Origin: a virus
Reading direction: 5' to 3' (one strand)
DNA: 64,000 bases
Virus record (IMG/VR): IMGVR_UViG_3300023296_000994
The translations under genes were made by a program, and so were the position numbers. The notes beneath the pieces were generated by a model. The model did not search any database. It was not told where the DNA came from and was given only the letters and a program-made list of their open reading frames with translations. Below, piece by piece: positions 1 through 7,760 of this stretch. The first letter of the stretch is position 1. Each line of letters starts with the position of its first letter.

Positions 1-29
1 AATTTACAAATATTTTTGAAGTTTTTACA

Positions 30-62
30 AAAAAAAATGGGAAGTTCTATTGAACCTCCCAC
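30..62 (-). terminator. Rho-independent terminator
   Basis: Minus strand TGGGAGGTTC-AATA-GAACTTCCCA followed by a T-run. Confidence 0.8.
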
Positions 63-91
63 TTGGAATATAATTATATTATAAGCGGAGG

Positions 92-223
92 TTATGTGGC
101 CAATTCCTTTGTATCAAACACATTATTAGTGTTTAAATTGGCGCGGGTCGGTTGGATTGGTTCCGTTCTATACGGGCCAGCAATCGCTTCGAGTCTACCT
201 AGTTTATAATTTGTTGCTTTCAT
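92..223 (-). CDS. Small 43-aa ORF (MKATNYKLGRLEAIAGPY...KELAT), not in the ORF track
   Basis: Open from ATG 223 to TAA 92, directly downstream of a class-2 promoter motif (228-254) and upstream of the terminator. Confidence 0.45.
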   Translation of the reverse strand: MKATNYKLGRLEAIAGPYRTEPIQPTRANLNTNNVFDTKELAT

Positions 224-256
224 CTGTTATAAGTATATCGGTTTATTAAAACCGTG

Positions 257-326
257 TTGCCCGCTTCGGGGTCGAACCGAATTAACAAGTCTTATGAGAA
301 CCTGTCCTTTTCCACTAAGCCGAGCA
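257..326 (-). tRNA. Degenerate tRNA-like gene, anticodon CAT (Met/Ile2)
   Basis: T arm TTCGG-TTCGACC-CCGAA, anticodon loop CTCATAA, acceptor TGCTCG/CGGGCA. The D arm is short and poorly paired. Confidence 0.55.
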
Positions 327-330
327 GTGT

Positions 331-783
331 TTATTTTTGTCTAGCGGCCCGTTTTCTTTGTTCTCTAATAAGAGCCGCTTCTTTTATTTTCTTTCTTGTT
401 TCTGCGCTAGGTGATCCCCATTTTTTACCTGTAGACCACTTTCCAATTTTAGCCTTAGTTTCATCTGTATGAGTTTTACCTTTGAAATGAGGTCCGCCTT
501 TGCCGCCAATAGCTGAATTATAATTGGTATCAGTTGAAATAAAGCTTTCGGTTACAATCTCCATTTCCTTATCATTCATTTCATCTTCTGAATCAAATAC
601 AAACAATATGACTTTCTTAAAAGTTTGCCTTCCGTGTTTCTTAATAGCATTGTTTAAAGCTATACCTGATCCCAAATATGAATCATTTATTTTTTTGGTT
701 TGGTGCTTTCCTATATAAATTTTATTATTTAATAAATTTATAGTTTTATAAATGGTATAATATAACTGTGTTTCCTTCCGCAT
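331..783 (-). mobile_element. Free-standing GIY-YIG homing endonuclease (Seg-like) with NUMOD3 motif
   Basis: TIY...IYIGKH...YLGSG motif, HTDETKAKI NUMOD3 motif, located within the tRNA cluster. Confidence 0.85.
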
Positions 784-819
784 GTATATAAATATACATT
801 GAGTCAGAAAACGATCGGG

Positions 820-892
820 TGGCGGATGAAGGATTCGAACCTCCGACCTCCGGATTATGAGCCCGGTGAGCTGGCCACTGCTCTAATCCGCG
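820..892 (-). tRNA. tRNA-fMet (CAT)
   Basis: CGCGGAT/ATCCGCC acceptor with a 1:72 mismatch, CCGGG-CTCATAA-TCCGG anticodon arm, canonical GGTTCGAATCC, no encoded CCA. Confidence 0.9.
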
Positions 893-911
893 ATGTTTAT
901 TTTTATTGTAA

Positions 912-1940
912 CCTTGAGACTATAGGTTTTACACTGATACTTTTGTTACCGTACCCATAAGGTGCTACCCTACAGTTAATAACTTATCCACTAACCCATC
1001 GGATTAGTATACCAGCAATACCGCCTTTTTTAAAGTGTGGCTTTTCACTTGTCATAATGAAACTACTCGACTTTCATCCTTTTCCTGACCTTGCGAGCCA
1101 TTCATTCCTGCTAAGGAATTAGATGTGGAATTCAATCAAATCATATCTGCCTTGCGAGCGTCAATGATTCTGTGTTACTTTTCAGTCACAGAATTAGGTA
1201 ATTTGTTTTTCATTACCGTAGTGGCCTTTGCGTTTTGTTTATACTTGCGTATAATAGTGTACGAGTCGAACGTACTACCTTTCGTTTAGAAGACGAATGC
1301 TCTACCAAATGAGCTAACTATTGAAGTTATTTAAATCCACCGAGATGTGCCACTACGGTCGCTTCATATCTTTTTGGGATACAAAATACAACACACCTCA
1401 TGCGTTTCGGGCTACCAACCCTACTGTGCCATATTTCAAGATTAATAGGAATCTTTAACGATTCCGTTTACCTTTTATATTGAATAACCGCTTTTGTACT
1501 GGTGGTACTTTAACCGTTATTCTACAACTTGTCTAATTTTGAGTTCGAAGATTTAGCGTGACATAGCAGGGTGCTAACCCTTTTGCTCTCACCGTGTGGC
1601 ACCGAGCTTATCTTTCCCAAAGACTATTATCAATCAACTTATTCATATCAACCAGTTTGGATCTGATTGCTGCGCTTGGGAGCGTAGTAAGATGTTGCTT
1701 GCTTAAATGAACTTATTGCTAAGCGGAAACGTGTGGAACTATTTCCTTTCATATTCTTACGAATACATATTCTTTTTTTAGACAATACACCTTATCGGCG
1801 GCTATGCCGTTCACGCGTCGATGTATTGCCAAATGGATATCAAGCTACCCATATATTTTAAAACTACTTTTTGGAAGCCAAAAGCAACATTATCTATACT
1901 TCATCCCAGATTCCAAGTCTGAGCCTATAGTCTTAAAGAC
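912..1940 (-). ncRNA. GOLLD-like giant structured ncRNA with an embedded tRNA
   Basis: About 1 kb with no ORF in the track, inside a tRNA cluster. Two GCTCGCAAGG loops, GAAAGTCGAGTAG, the GAGGTGTGTTGTATT...GGCACATCTC helix and a 3' ...TATAGTCTCAAGG end resemble GOLLD. The ends pair (917-926 with 1924-1933). It has its own promoter at 2018-2049. Confidence 0.75.
1251..1323 (-). tRNA. tRNA-Arg(TCT)-like, embedded in the ncRNA
   Basis: CAATAGT-TA-GCTC..GAGC-A-TTCGT-CTTCTAA-ACGAA..GTACG-TTCGACT-CGTAC-ACTATTA-T. Confidence 0.85.
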
Positions 1941-1977
1941 ATATAAATTACATTTAGTTTAAAATGCTTTCATCATG

Positions 1978-1986
1978 TTAAAGAAC
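1978..1986 (-). promoter_or_regulatory. boxA-like antitermination element (GTTCTTTAA)
   Basis: Resembles the rrn boxA (GCTCTTTAACA) and lies between the promoter and the ncRNA. Confidence 0.45.
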
Positions 1987-2017
1987 AAGATTCGGAACCT
2001 TTTCCGAACCAACAATA

Positions 2018-2049
2018 CTAAGATACGTAATTTTCATCGAAATACCAAA
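2018..2049 (-). promoter_or_regulatory. Bacteroidota-type sigma70 promoter TTTG-N20-TATCTTAG (one of 12 copies)
   Basis: Same spacing at 2475-2506, 3378-3409, 5995-6026, 6289-6320, 9851-9882, 9973-10004, 29603-29634, 33106-33137, 36514-36545, 41543-41574 and 50053-50084. Confidence 0.8.
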
Positions 2050-2089
2050 TTTCTTTGGACTTTTTTTGAAAAAGTTATCCACATTGTAG

Positions 2090-2164
2090 AGCGGTAGGGT
2101 GGATATGAGCCACCGGCCTTCTAGTTGGTAACCAGACGCTCTGACCAGACTGAGCTACTACCGC
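2090..2164 (-). tRNA. tRNA-Gly with rare ACC anticodon and altered T loop
   Basis: GCGGTAG/CTACCGC-T acceptor (Gly identity G1-C72, C2-G71, G3-C70, U73), TCTGG-TTACCAA-CTAGA anticodon arm, T loop CTCATAT. Confidence 0.8.
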
Positions 2165-2366
2165 AAATGTTTTATCAAATTAGCCATGTTTCCATGTTAC
2201 CGATTACGCCACGAGGAGGCTTTGATGTGTAATCGTCTGGGTTTCGTTGTTACTTGGACCTTATCTATAGTTGATCCTTTCACCGTTGTATGTTATTTTA
2301 AATCGCCGTCTGCCTAATACCCTTTACAGGGACGATTATAATGTTAATGAATTCTTACGGTATTAT

Positions 2367-2453
2367 TGCCCAGTGTTGGATTCCATACCAACATATCTTC
2401 CTAGAAAAGCGTCCTTTAGATGGGTTAACATCGGATATTGGACTAACTGAACA
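2367..2453 (-). ncRNA. tRNA-like element with expanded D loop and shrunken anticodon arm
   Basis: TGTTCAGT/ACTGGGCA stem, GTCC/GGAC D stem, GTTGG-TATGGAAT-CCAAC T arm, just downstream of promoter 2475-2506. Confidence 0.5.
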
Positions 2454-2598
2454 CCGTCATCATCACCAACAATACTAAGATACGCAATTTTCTAACAACT
2501 ACCAAATTTTTAATGTTAAGAAACTGTTAAATGTTTTCATAACCTTTACCGTTCATATTGTAACATATAAGTATATGTAATTTTATAAAACGGGATTG

Positions 2599-2686
2599 GG
2601 TGCATAACGAGAATTGAACTCGCGTAATACTTTCGTATCCCTGATTCACAGTCAGGTCCGGCTAACCAACATCCGGCTTACACACC
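2599..2686 (-). tRNA. tRNA-His(GTG) with long variable arm
   Basis: G-1 and C73, CCTGA-CTGTGAA-TCAGG anticodon arm, extra GATAC-GAAA-GTATT hairpin, GCGAG-TTCAATT-CTCGT T arm. Confidence 0.85.
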
Positions 2687-2697
2687 ATATATAAATA

Positions 2698-3135
2698 TTA
2701 TTTATTTAATAATAAATCTAATTCTTTCATATTTTTCTTAAGCAACTTATTTAGCCTATCAGATTCCTTTTTAAGCTTTCTGCTTGCTATGTCAATTCGT
2801 TTAAGTTCTGCCTGCTTTATTTCGGTCATGTTATTTTCAAGCCAAGTGTTATATTCAAGTAATTTGGATAAATACTTTAGTCGATCAGATTCATATACTT
2901 TTTCCCTTGCAGCGAAATGTTCATCAGGTTCATCGCCAAGCCAAGCCAATTTCATAATGAAATCACCAAAGCGGTCGGGCACGGCATCGATATATGCGAG
3001 ATTAGGAACTACGTTATATTCTTTACATTTATCTATCAATTCCTGTACAGTACAGTCATATAGGTCAAATGTCATTGATACCTGAGTCCGACGTACAGGC
3101 GCAATAGGTTCAATTGGCTTCTTTTTCATTCTCAT
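2698..3135 (-). CDS. Hypothetical protein with coiled-coil C-terminus
   Basis: 145-aa ORF between tRNAs. Confidence 0.7.
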   Translation of the reverse strand: MRMKKKPIEPIAPVRRTQVSMTFDLYDCTVQELIDKCKEYNVVPNLAYIDAVPDRFGDFIMKLAWLGDEPDEHFAAREKVYESDRLKYLSKLLEYNTWLENNMTEIKQAELKRIDIASRKLKKESDRLNKLLKKNMKELDLLLNK

Positions 3136-3149
3136 AATAACTGTTTGTG

Positions 3150-3223
3150 CACACCCAGAAGGATTCGAACCCTCGTCCCCGGGTTTGGAAGCCGGTATCC
3201 TGGACCAACTAGACGATAGATGT
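3150..3223 (-). tRNA. tRNA-Trp(CCA), atypical
   Basis: ACATCTA/TGGGTGT-G acceptor, loop TTCCAAA, C31-C39 mismatch, canonical T arm. Confidence 0.75.
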
Positions 3224-3271
3224 GTATTATTTATTAATGTTTATATAAGTATAAGTTTATTTTGTGTCCAA

Positions 3272-3372
3272 TTACCAGATATAAATACTGATATTGCTGA
3301 AACTTGAGTGTCTTTCTGTAGTACCATTATCTAATGTACCATCGAAGTCAAATGATACCCTTTGTTCGTCAT
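3272..3372 (-). pseudogene. Remnant of a HAD-family phosphatase gene
   Basis: Encodes VSFDFDGTLD (HAD motif I) out of frame with its ATG ACG AAC AAA and stops after about 30 codons. Promoter at 3378-3409. Confidence 0.5.
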
Positions 3373-3448
3373 TAGAAACAAGATACGTAATAATGTTCGT
3401 ATTTACAAACTTTTCTGAAACTTTAACATATTTTTATAATTATAATTG

Positions 3449-3521
3449 AGGCCCGGGCTGGATTCGAACCAGCGTAAATGGATTTGCAGTCCATCACCTA
3501 TAGCCACTCGGACACCGAGCC
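3449..3521 (-). tRNA. tRNA-Cys(GCA)
   Basis: GGCTCGG/CCGGGCC-T acceptor, ATGGA-CTGCAAA-TCCAT anticodon arm, canonical T arm. Confidence 0.92.
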
Positions 3522-3556
3522 TTGTTGTATATAACTATACAGTATAAAAGTTATTT

Positions 3557-3952
3557 TTATAGTAATCTTGCGAATCGTTTTGGAAGGTATACGTTATTCA
3601 GTTCTTTTGCACCTTCGAACAATGGACCTACTTGTTTGGGCCTTAACCCGGCTAAACCACACCCTATTTCAGTTACAAGGAACGTGAGGTCCGGTCTAGA
3701 GCGCGCGAATTCTACAAAGCGGTCTACGTATGGTTTCATCTGATCTAACGTTAGGGTACGTCTGATGGCCGAATCTTTGCTAGGTATGCCGTATGTCCTA
3801 CCTTGCAGGCCTTCTGCCTGGCCGTACACAGCGCCCCATGTGAGCGCTTGGCGCGCGGCGCCTTTACCATGCCGGCCACCTTCGTTAGAGCCAAATACGA
3901 ATACCTGATTTTCAGCTAGCGTTGTTATATTTTCTGGTGTATGTTTCATCAC
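3557..3952 (-). CDS. A1S_2505-family phage protein (macro-domain-like)
   Basis: FVFGSN..GRHGKGAA...YGQAEGLQG.TYGIP...FLVTEIGCGLAG. Confidence 0.75.
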   Translation of the reverse strand: MMKHTPENITTLAENQVFVFGSNEGGRHGKGAARQALTWGAVYGQAEGLQGRTYGIPSKDSAIRRTLTLDQMKPYVDRFVEFARSRPDLTFLVTEIGCGLAGLRPKQVGPLFEGAKELNNVYLPKRFARLL

Positions 3953-3970
3953 GTTAAATATGTAATTGGA

Positions 3971-4117
3971 TTAGCGCCGGCTTCTACGATTCCAAGTTTT
4001 CTGTTCGAGTAGAGTTCTGTCAAGTTTTTCTGTTAGTTCATGAATTAACCTTTCTAGTTCTTCAACTCTACTTTCTAGGACTTCGATTTTGTCAATAAGT
4101 TTCAGTTCAGCATCCAT
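3971..4117 (-). CDS. Small coiled-coil protein (48 aa, MDAELKLIDKIEVLESRVEELE...)
   Basis: Open frame filling the gap between neighbouring genes, with a heptad pattern. Confidence 0.6.
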   Translation of the reverse strand: MDAELKLIDKIEVLESRVEELERLIHELTEKLDRTLLEQKTWNRRSRR

Positions 4118-4130
4118 TGTCTATTAGTTT

Positions 4131-4724
4131 TTATGGTATGTATAGATTGGTAAAGTTATCTTTATGTACTTCAACTTCAGGATAAAGTAAGCTAAATGCT
4201 TGTAAATTAAACGGTTTAGTTACATAATGATATCCATTTTTCGATGGAATAATATCAATTAATTTATTACCTACTGGTAATATTGATTTAAGTTGTATCG
4301 GTAGGTTCATATTATACTTATCGTTATCAAATTCATCAATATCAATAATCCATTTTTTACGTTCCTTTGGAGTACTGGCCCTTCCAACCGTACTGGTATA
4401 TATTCTATGTGAGTAATCGGTTTGGTTTGACTTTATTACCTTGAGCATAGCTTCCACAGAATTAAAAGCTACGTCATATGAGTTACGTACATTAATCCAG
4501 AAAGCTGCCCTGGCAGAAAACATCTCACATAACTTAATAATTTCGGGTATAGTTTTATCATATTGCTCTACGCTGTAGATAAAATAATTCTTAACTATAT
4601 ACGAATTACGACCCAGGTCGGGATTTTCTTTTTTACGTTGGATGACTTGTAGGTAATAGAAATCACCTGGGTCTGTAAACGTTAAAAAGTTATCCCTAAT
4701 TTTGGTTATATTATCAGTCATCAC
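4131..4724 (-). CDS. Conserved phage protein, AEP primase-like motifs
   Basis: WIIDID and SKNGYH resemble AEP motifs I and II. Confidence 0.55.
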   Translation of the reverse strand: MMTDNITKIRDNFLTFTDPGDFYYLQVIQRKKENPDLGRNSYIVKNYFIYSVEQYDKTIPEIIKLCEMFSARAAFWINVRNSYDVAFNSVEAMLKVIKSNQTDYSHRIYTSTVGRASTPKERKKWIIDIDEFDNDKYNMNLPIQLKSILPVGNKLIDIIPSKNGYHYVTKPFNLQAFSLLYPEVEVHKDNFTNLYIP

Positions 4725-5961
4725 CTAACAACTTAAAAATGTCATCAGTGCCGTTTATCTGTACATATCTTTGTACAACTTGCTTAACAAACGAACGTTC
4801 AGAATCATTTCCACCAGACGAATCATAATGAGGAAATACACATACTTCACAAGATTCTTCCAATGTAAACCCATCTTCAATGAGCGATGTAAGTTCCACC
4901 GAATTCCGCGTACTAATGGGATGGTCAATTTTACCATTTTCATTAGCTGCTTCCACCCGCGTGAGCGACACAATTTCACAAATAGCGTCAATCATTTCCG
5001 GTGCAACATCTGGGTATAATTTAGACAACAAACTGTTTTCCTGGTCATTGTCCAGTAGGTCCATTTCAATAATAGTAAATCGGTCAATTAGCGCCTTATC
5101 CATTTGACGTGTGCTGGTGTATTCATGTCCGATATTAGCCGTAGCGATGAAACAAACACCATCAGCTACCTTTACAGTAGGAGAGTCTGCATGTTCATCA
5201 ATCCGTAAGTACCGCTGAGTTTCATCCAATACGGTCATCAGAATATTTCCTGCTTCGGGATGAGCCCGGCTAAGTTCATCCAACAGAATCACCGCGTTTT
5301 CAGTCTGAATAGCCTGGATGAACAATGATTCAGCGAAAAAAGTTCCTTCATCTTTTGCGAAGTGAGTGTTTCCGATAAGTGTGGACCGAGGGTCCTGAGT
5401 TGCCCCAAGATTAAAGTAAAAGTTAGGACGTTCAAATGCTTCGAATGCACTTCGGGCGGCCATTGTTTTACCACAACCAGCGGGCCCTGTCATCAGTACA
5501 TTCTTACCACGTAGAATACTACGAACAAGATACTTCCATTTAATTTCACTGATTTTCAGCAATTCTGGCTTACGGTCCAATGAATCAACGTGTACGGCCT
5601 GGATGAAATCCATTTTTGCCATACTAATAGTTGAAGATGGAACAGCCTTCGGCTTTGCCGATGTGCCTTCACCGGGTTGTGACGGCCGGACGGTGCCTGA
5701 TGAACCTTTATACCGACACTTAGGCGGAATAGCTTTATTTCCTACATAATCCATAGGTAGCTTCATACGATCCAAGCACAACTTTTGATTCCCAGCGGGT
5801 AGGTGTGTTTTAGTTAACCGAGCATTAATGCCACTGACGAAACACTCACTAGCGTAGGTATCAGCATCAATGGATTGGTCCAGACACGAAGTATCTAAGA
5901 TATTTCCATCACAGTCAACAAATTTAAGCGGCCCTTCTTCCGGCACTTTTAGAATAATCAT
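4714..5961 (-). CDS. MoxR/CbbQ/CobS-type AAA+ ATPase
   Basis: GPAGCGKT Walker A, ILLDELSR Walker B, ATAN and ALIDRF. Confidence 0.9.
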   Translation of the reverse strand: MIILKVPEEGPLKFVDCDGNILDTSCLDQSIDADTYASECFVSGINARLTKTHLPAGNQKLCLDRMKLPMDYVGNKAIPPKCRYKGSSGTVRPSQPGEGTSAKPKAVPSSTISMAKMDFIQAVHVDSLDRKPELLKISEIKWKYLVRSILRGKNVLMTGPAGCGKTMAARSAFEAFERPNFYFNLGATQDPRSTLIGNTHFAKDEGTFFAESLFIQAIQTENAVILLDELSRAHPEAGNILMTVLDETQRYLRIDEHADSPTVKVADGVCFIATANIGHEYTSTRQMDKALIDRFTIIEMDLLDNDQENSLLSKLYPDVAPEMIDAICEIVSLTRVEAANENGKIDHPISTRNSVELTSLIEDGFTLEESCEVCVFPHYDSSGGNDSERSFVKQVVQRYVQINGTDDIFKLLGDD

Positions 5962-6035
5962 GGGTATGAATGTAGGTACGAATTGTGTTACGTACTAAAT
6001 TACAAATTATTAGGTAGAATACCTAATGTGAAGTG

Positions 6036-6269
6036 TTAAGAAATTGTTAATTCCGGTGTAAATTTGGACACTTGATATCCATAGGCCCAGTGGCCGTCAT
6101 CAAAAAAGGCGACGAAATACCCAACTGGAAGCGTCTCAGACGCTTTGTCACCGTCTTCGTCCTTTTCATGGTCTGATACGTAGAGGTCAATGATTACCGC
6201 TTGTGTAGGGTCATCTAAGCCCCAACATCCCTGATAACTAACTGTTTCACCTACCTTGTAAATAACCAT
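6036..6269 (-). CDS. Hypothetical protein (start re-called to ATG 6269)
   Basis: The promoter at 6289-6320 lies inside the longer ORF call. Confidence 0.6.
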   Translation of the reverse strand: MVIYKVGETVSYQGCWGLDDPTQAVIIDLYVSDHEKDEDGDKASETLPVGYFVAFFDDGHWAYGYQVSKFTPELTIS

Positions 6270-6361
6270 AAGTCCCTTTGTTACAGTACTAAGATACAAC
6301 ATTCACCTGACTCAATCAAGCGCTCATTGAAACTTTAACAAATCTTTTTGCTACATATATG

Positions 6362-7129
6362 TTAATTATTATCGGTGTCTTTTATGAAGTCTTCTATTTC
6401 TCCTTTACTGATATTAAAATCATTGATATGATTATTATCCATTTGTATTTCTTCTTCTATAATGTTAGCGCTTGGATATGTACCTAACGAATCAAGGTTG
6501 ACCGGATTCCCATCAATGTCCACTTCAACATTTTCTATCATGTCTTTTTGACGCATGGCATCGGGAGCTTTAGTATGGTGTGGCTTATTATAATACCATT
6601 TCCTACGTCCCCAGGGATTACCTACGGTAACAAAATAACAATTGTAACATAATATTTCTAAATTTTCAAGAGTGAAATCTTCCTTATCACCATTTTTATG
6701 CGACACTACAAGCGGATATTCACCGTCTGTTATTCTTGATTCACCGTATCCACAACAATCACATTCCTTAGCCTTTAGATTGGCTCTCCATAGTCTGTGC
6801 TTGAGTTTATGTAGCGGGTACTTAGGTACTTTGTTATCCAAAATATCCTGTAAGGCCTTCATGGATGAACCTTTACCGCCCTTAGAACGCCGACCACGGG
6901 CTGTAGGCCTACCAATACCGATGCCCGTTGGGTTCAATTGAATATCAAATAACGTTTTTTTTGTTCCCGCGTCAATATACTGTATTGCCCATTTTCTATA
7001 TGTGTTATAACTAACCTTGAGCCATAGGGCAGCAGCCTTATTACTTTTCGTATGCTTCATAGCATCTCGGATTTCCGACTCAAGTATAATTATTGGCTTT
7101 CGGCCGCCGCGGCCATCTTTTCTAGGCAT
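6362..7129 (-). CDS. HTH plus HNH-like zinc-finger protein
   Basis: AAALWLKVSYNTYRKW, then CDCCG...HKNGDKEDFTLENLEILCYNC. Confidence 0.7.
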   Translation of the reverse strand: MPRKDGRGGRKPIIILESEIRDAMKHTKSNKAAALWLKVSYNTYRKWAIQYIDAGTKKTLFDIQLNPTGIGIGRPTARGRRSKGGKGSSMKALQDILDNKVPKYPLHKLKHRLWRANLKAKECDCCGYGESRITDGEYPLVVSHKNGDKEDFTLENLEILCYNCYFVTVGNPWGRRKWYYNKPHHTKAPDAMRQKDMIENVEVDIDGNPVNLDSLGTYPSANIIEEEIQMDNNHINDFNISKGEIEDFIKDTDNN

Positions 7130-7130
7130 A

Positions 7131-7451
7131 TTAACTCCAGCTTATATAGTACATATACCCATCAATAATATAACTTGATACTTTGTTAGAATATGAACCT
7201 ATAGTATTTATCGCAAGCGGATCCAATGGATATTTAAATCGGGTGATTTTAATATCAGATGAATATGGATAGCGGTCTTGGAATGCTACCGGACCTCCAT
7301 CGTATACATCGCGCGTAGTTTCAATAAACAGTGACCTAAGATATACTTTATCTTGCCAATGTACGTCTGTACCATAATCAAATCCTCTGGTTATAGAAGA
7401 TAGGGCTTTATCAGACATTATATCTGATTTACTACTGTGTTTAATATTCAT
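7131..7451 (-). CDS. Hypothetical protein
   Basis: ORF packed with its neighbours. Confidence 0.6.
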   Translation of the reverse strand: MNIKHSSKSDIMSDKALSSITRGFDYGTDVHWQDKVYLRSLFIETTRDVYDGGPVAFQDRYPYSSDIKITRFKYPLDPLAINTIGSYSNKVSSYIIDGYMYYISWS

Positions 7452-7453
7452 AA

Positions 7454-7750
7454 TTAATTAATATATTTAAAATCATTATCACTAAATTGTATTCCTTTTG
7501 GTTTGGATATACCACGTATCGATCTGTTGATATTTTTATCCCAAACAAATTTGGTAATATATACGTTTCTCCATGCCTGTAATACGGTCTTTGCTGAGGT
7601 TAATTCCGGGCCGTATCCAGGTGAAACTAAATTCCGTCCCATTTGATGAACCATAAATTTCCCATTTTTACAATATGTCTTTGAGTCCGGATACTTTTTT
7701 TCAATTTCATATCGCATGAAATTATAATCCGATAATATGTTTTCAATCAT
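7454..7750 (-). CDS. Hypothetical protein (start re-called to MIENIL)
   Basis: This start avoids a 160-nt overlap with the VWA gene. Confidence 0.6.
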   Translation of the reverse strand: MIENILSDYNFMRYEIEKKYPDSKTYCKNGKFMVHQMGRNLVSPGYGPELTSAKTVLQAWRNVYITKFVWDKNINRSIRGISKPKGIQFSDNDFKYIN

Positions 7751-7760
7751 AATATTTAAT

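Noticed and set aside
2075-2083. DnaA box TTATCCACA as a replication origin
   Set aside because: It is a single copy with no cluster, compatible with chance, although a regulatory role at the ncRNA promoter is not excluded.
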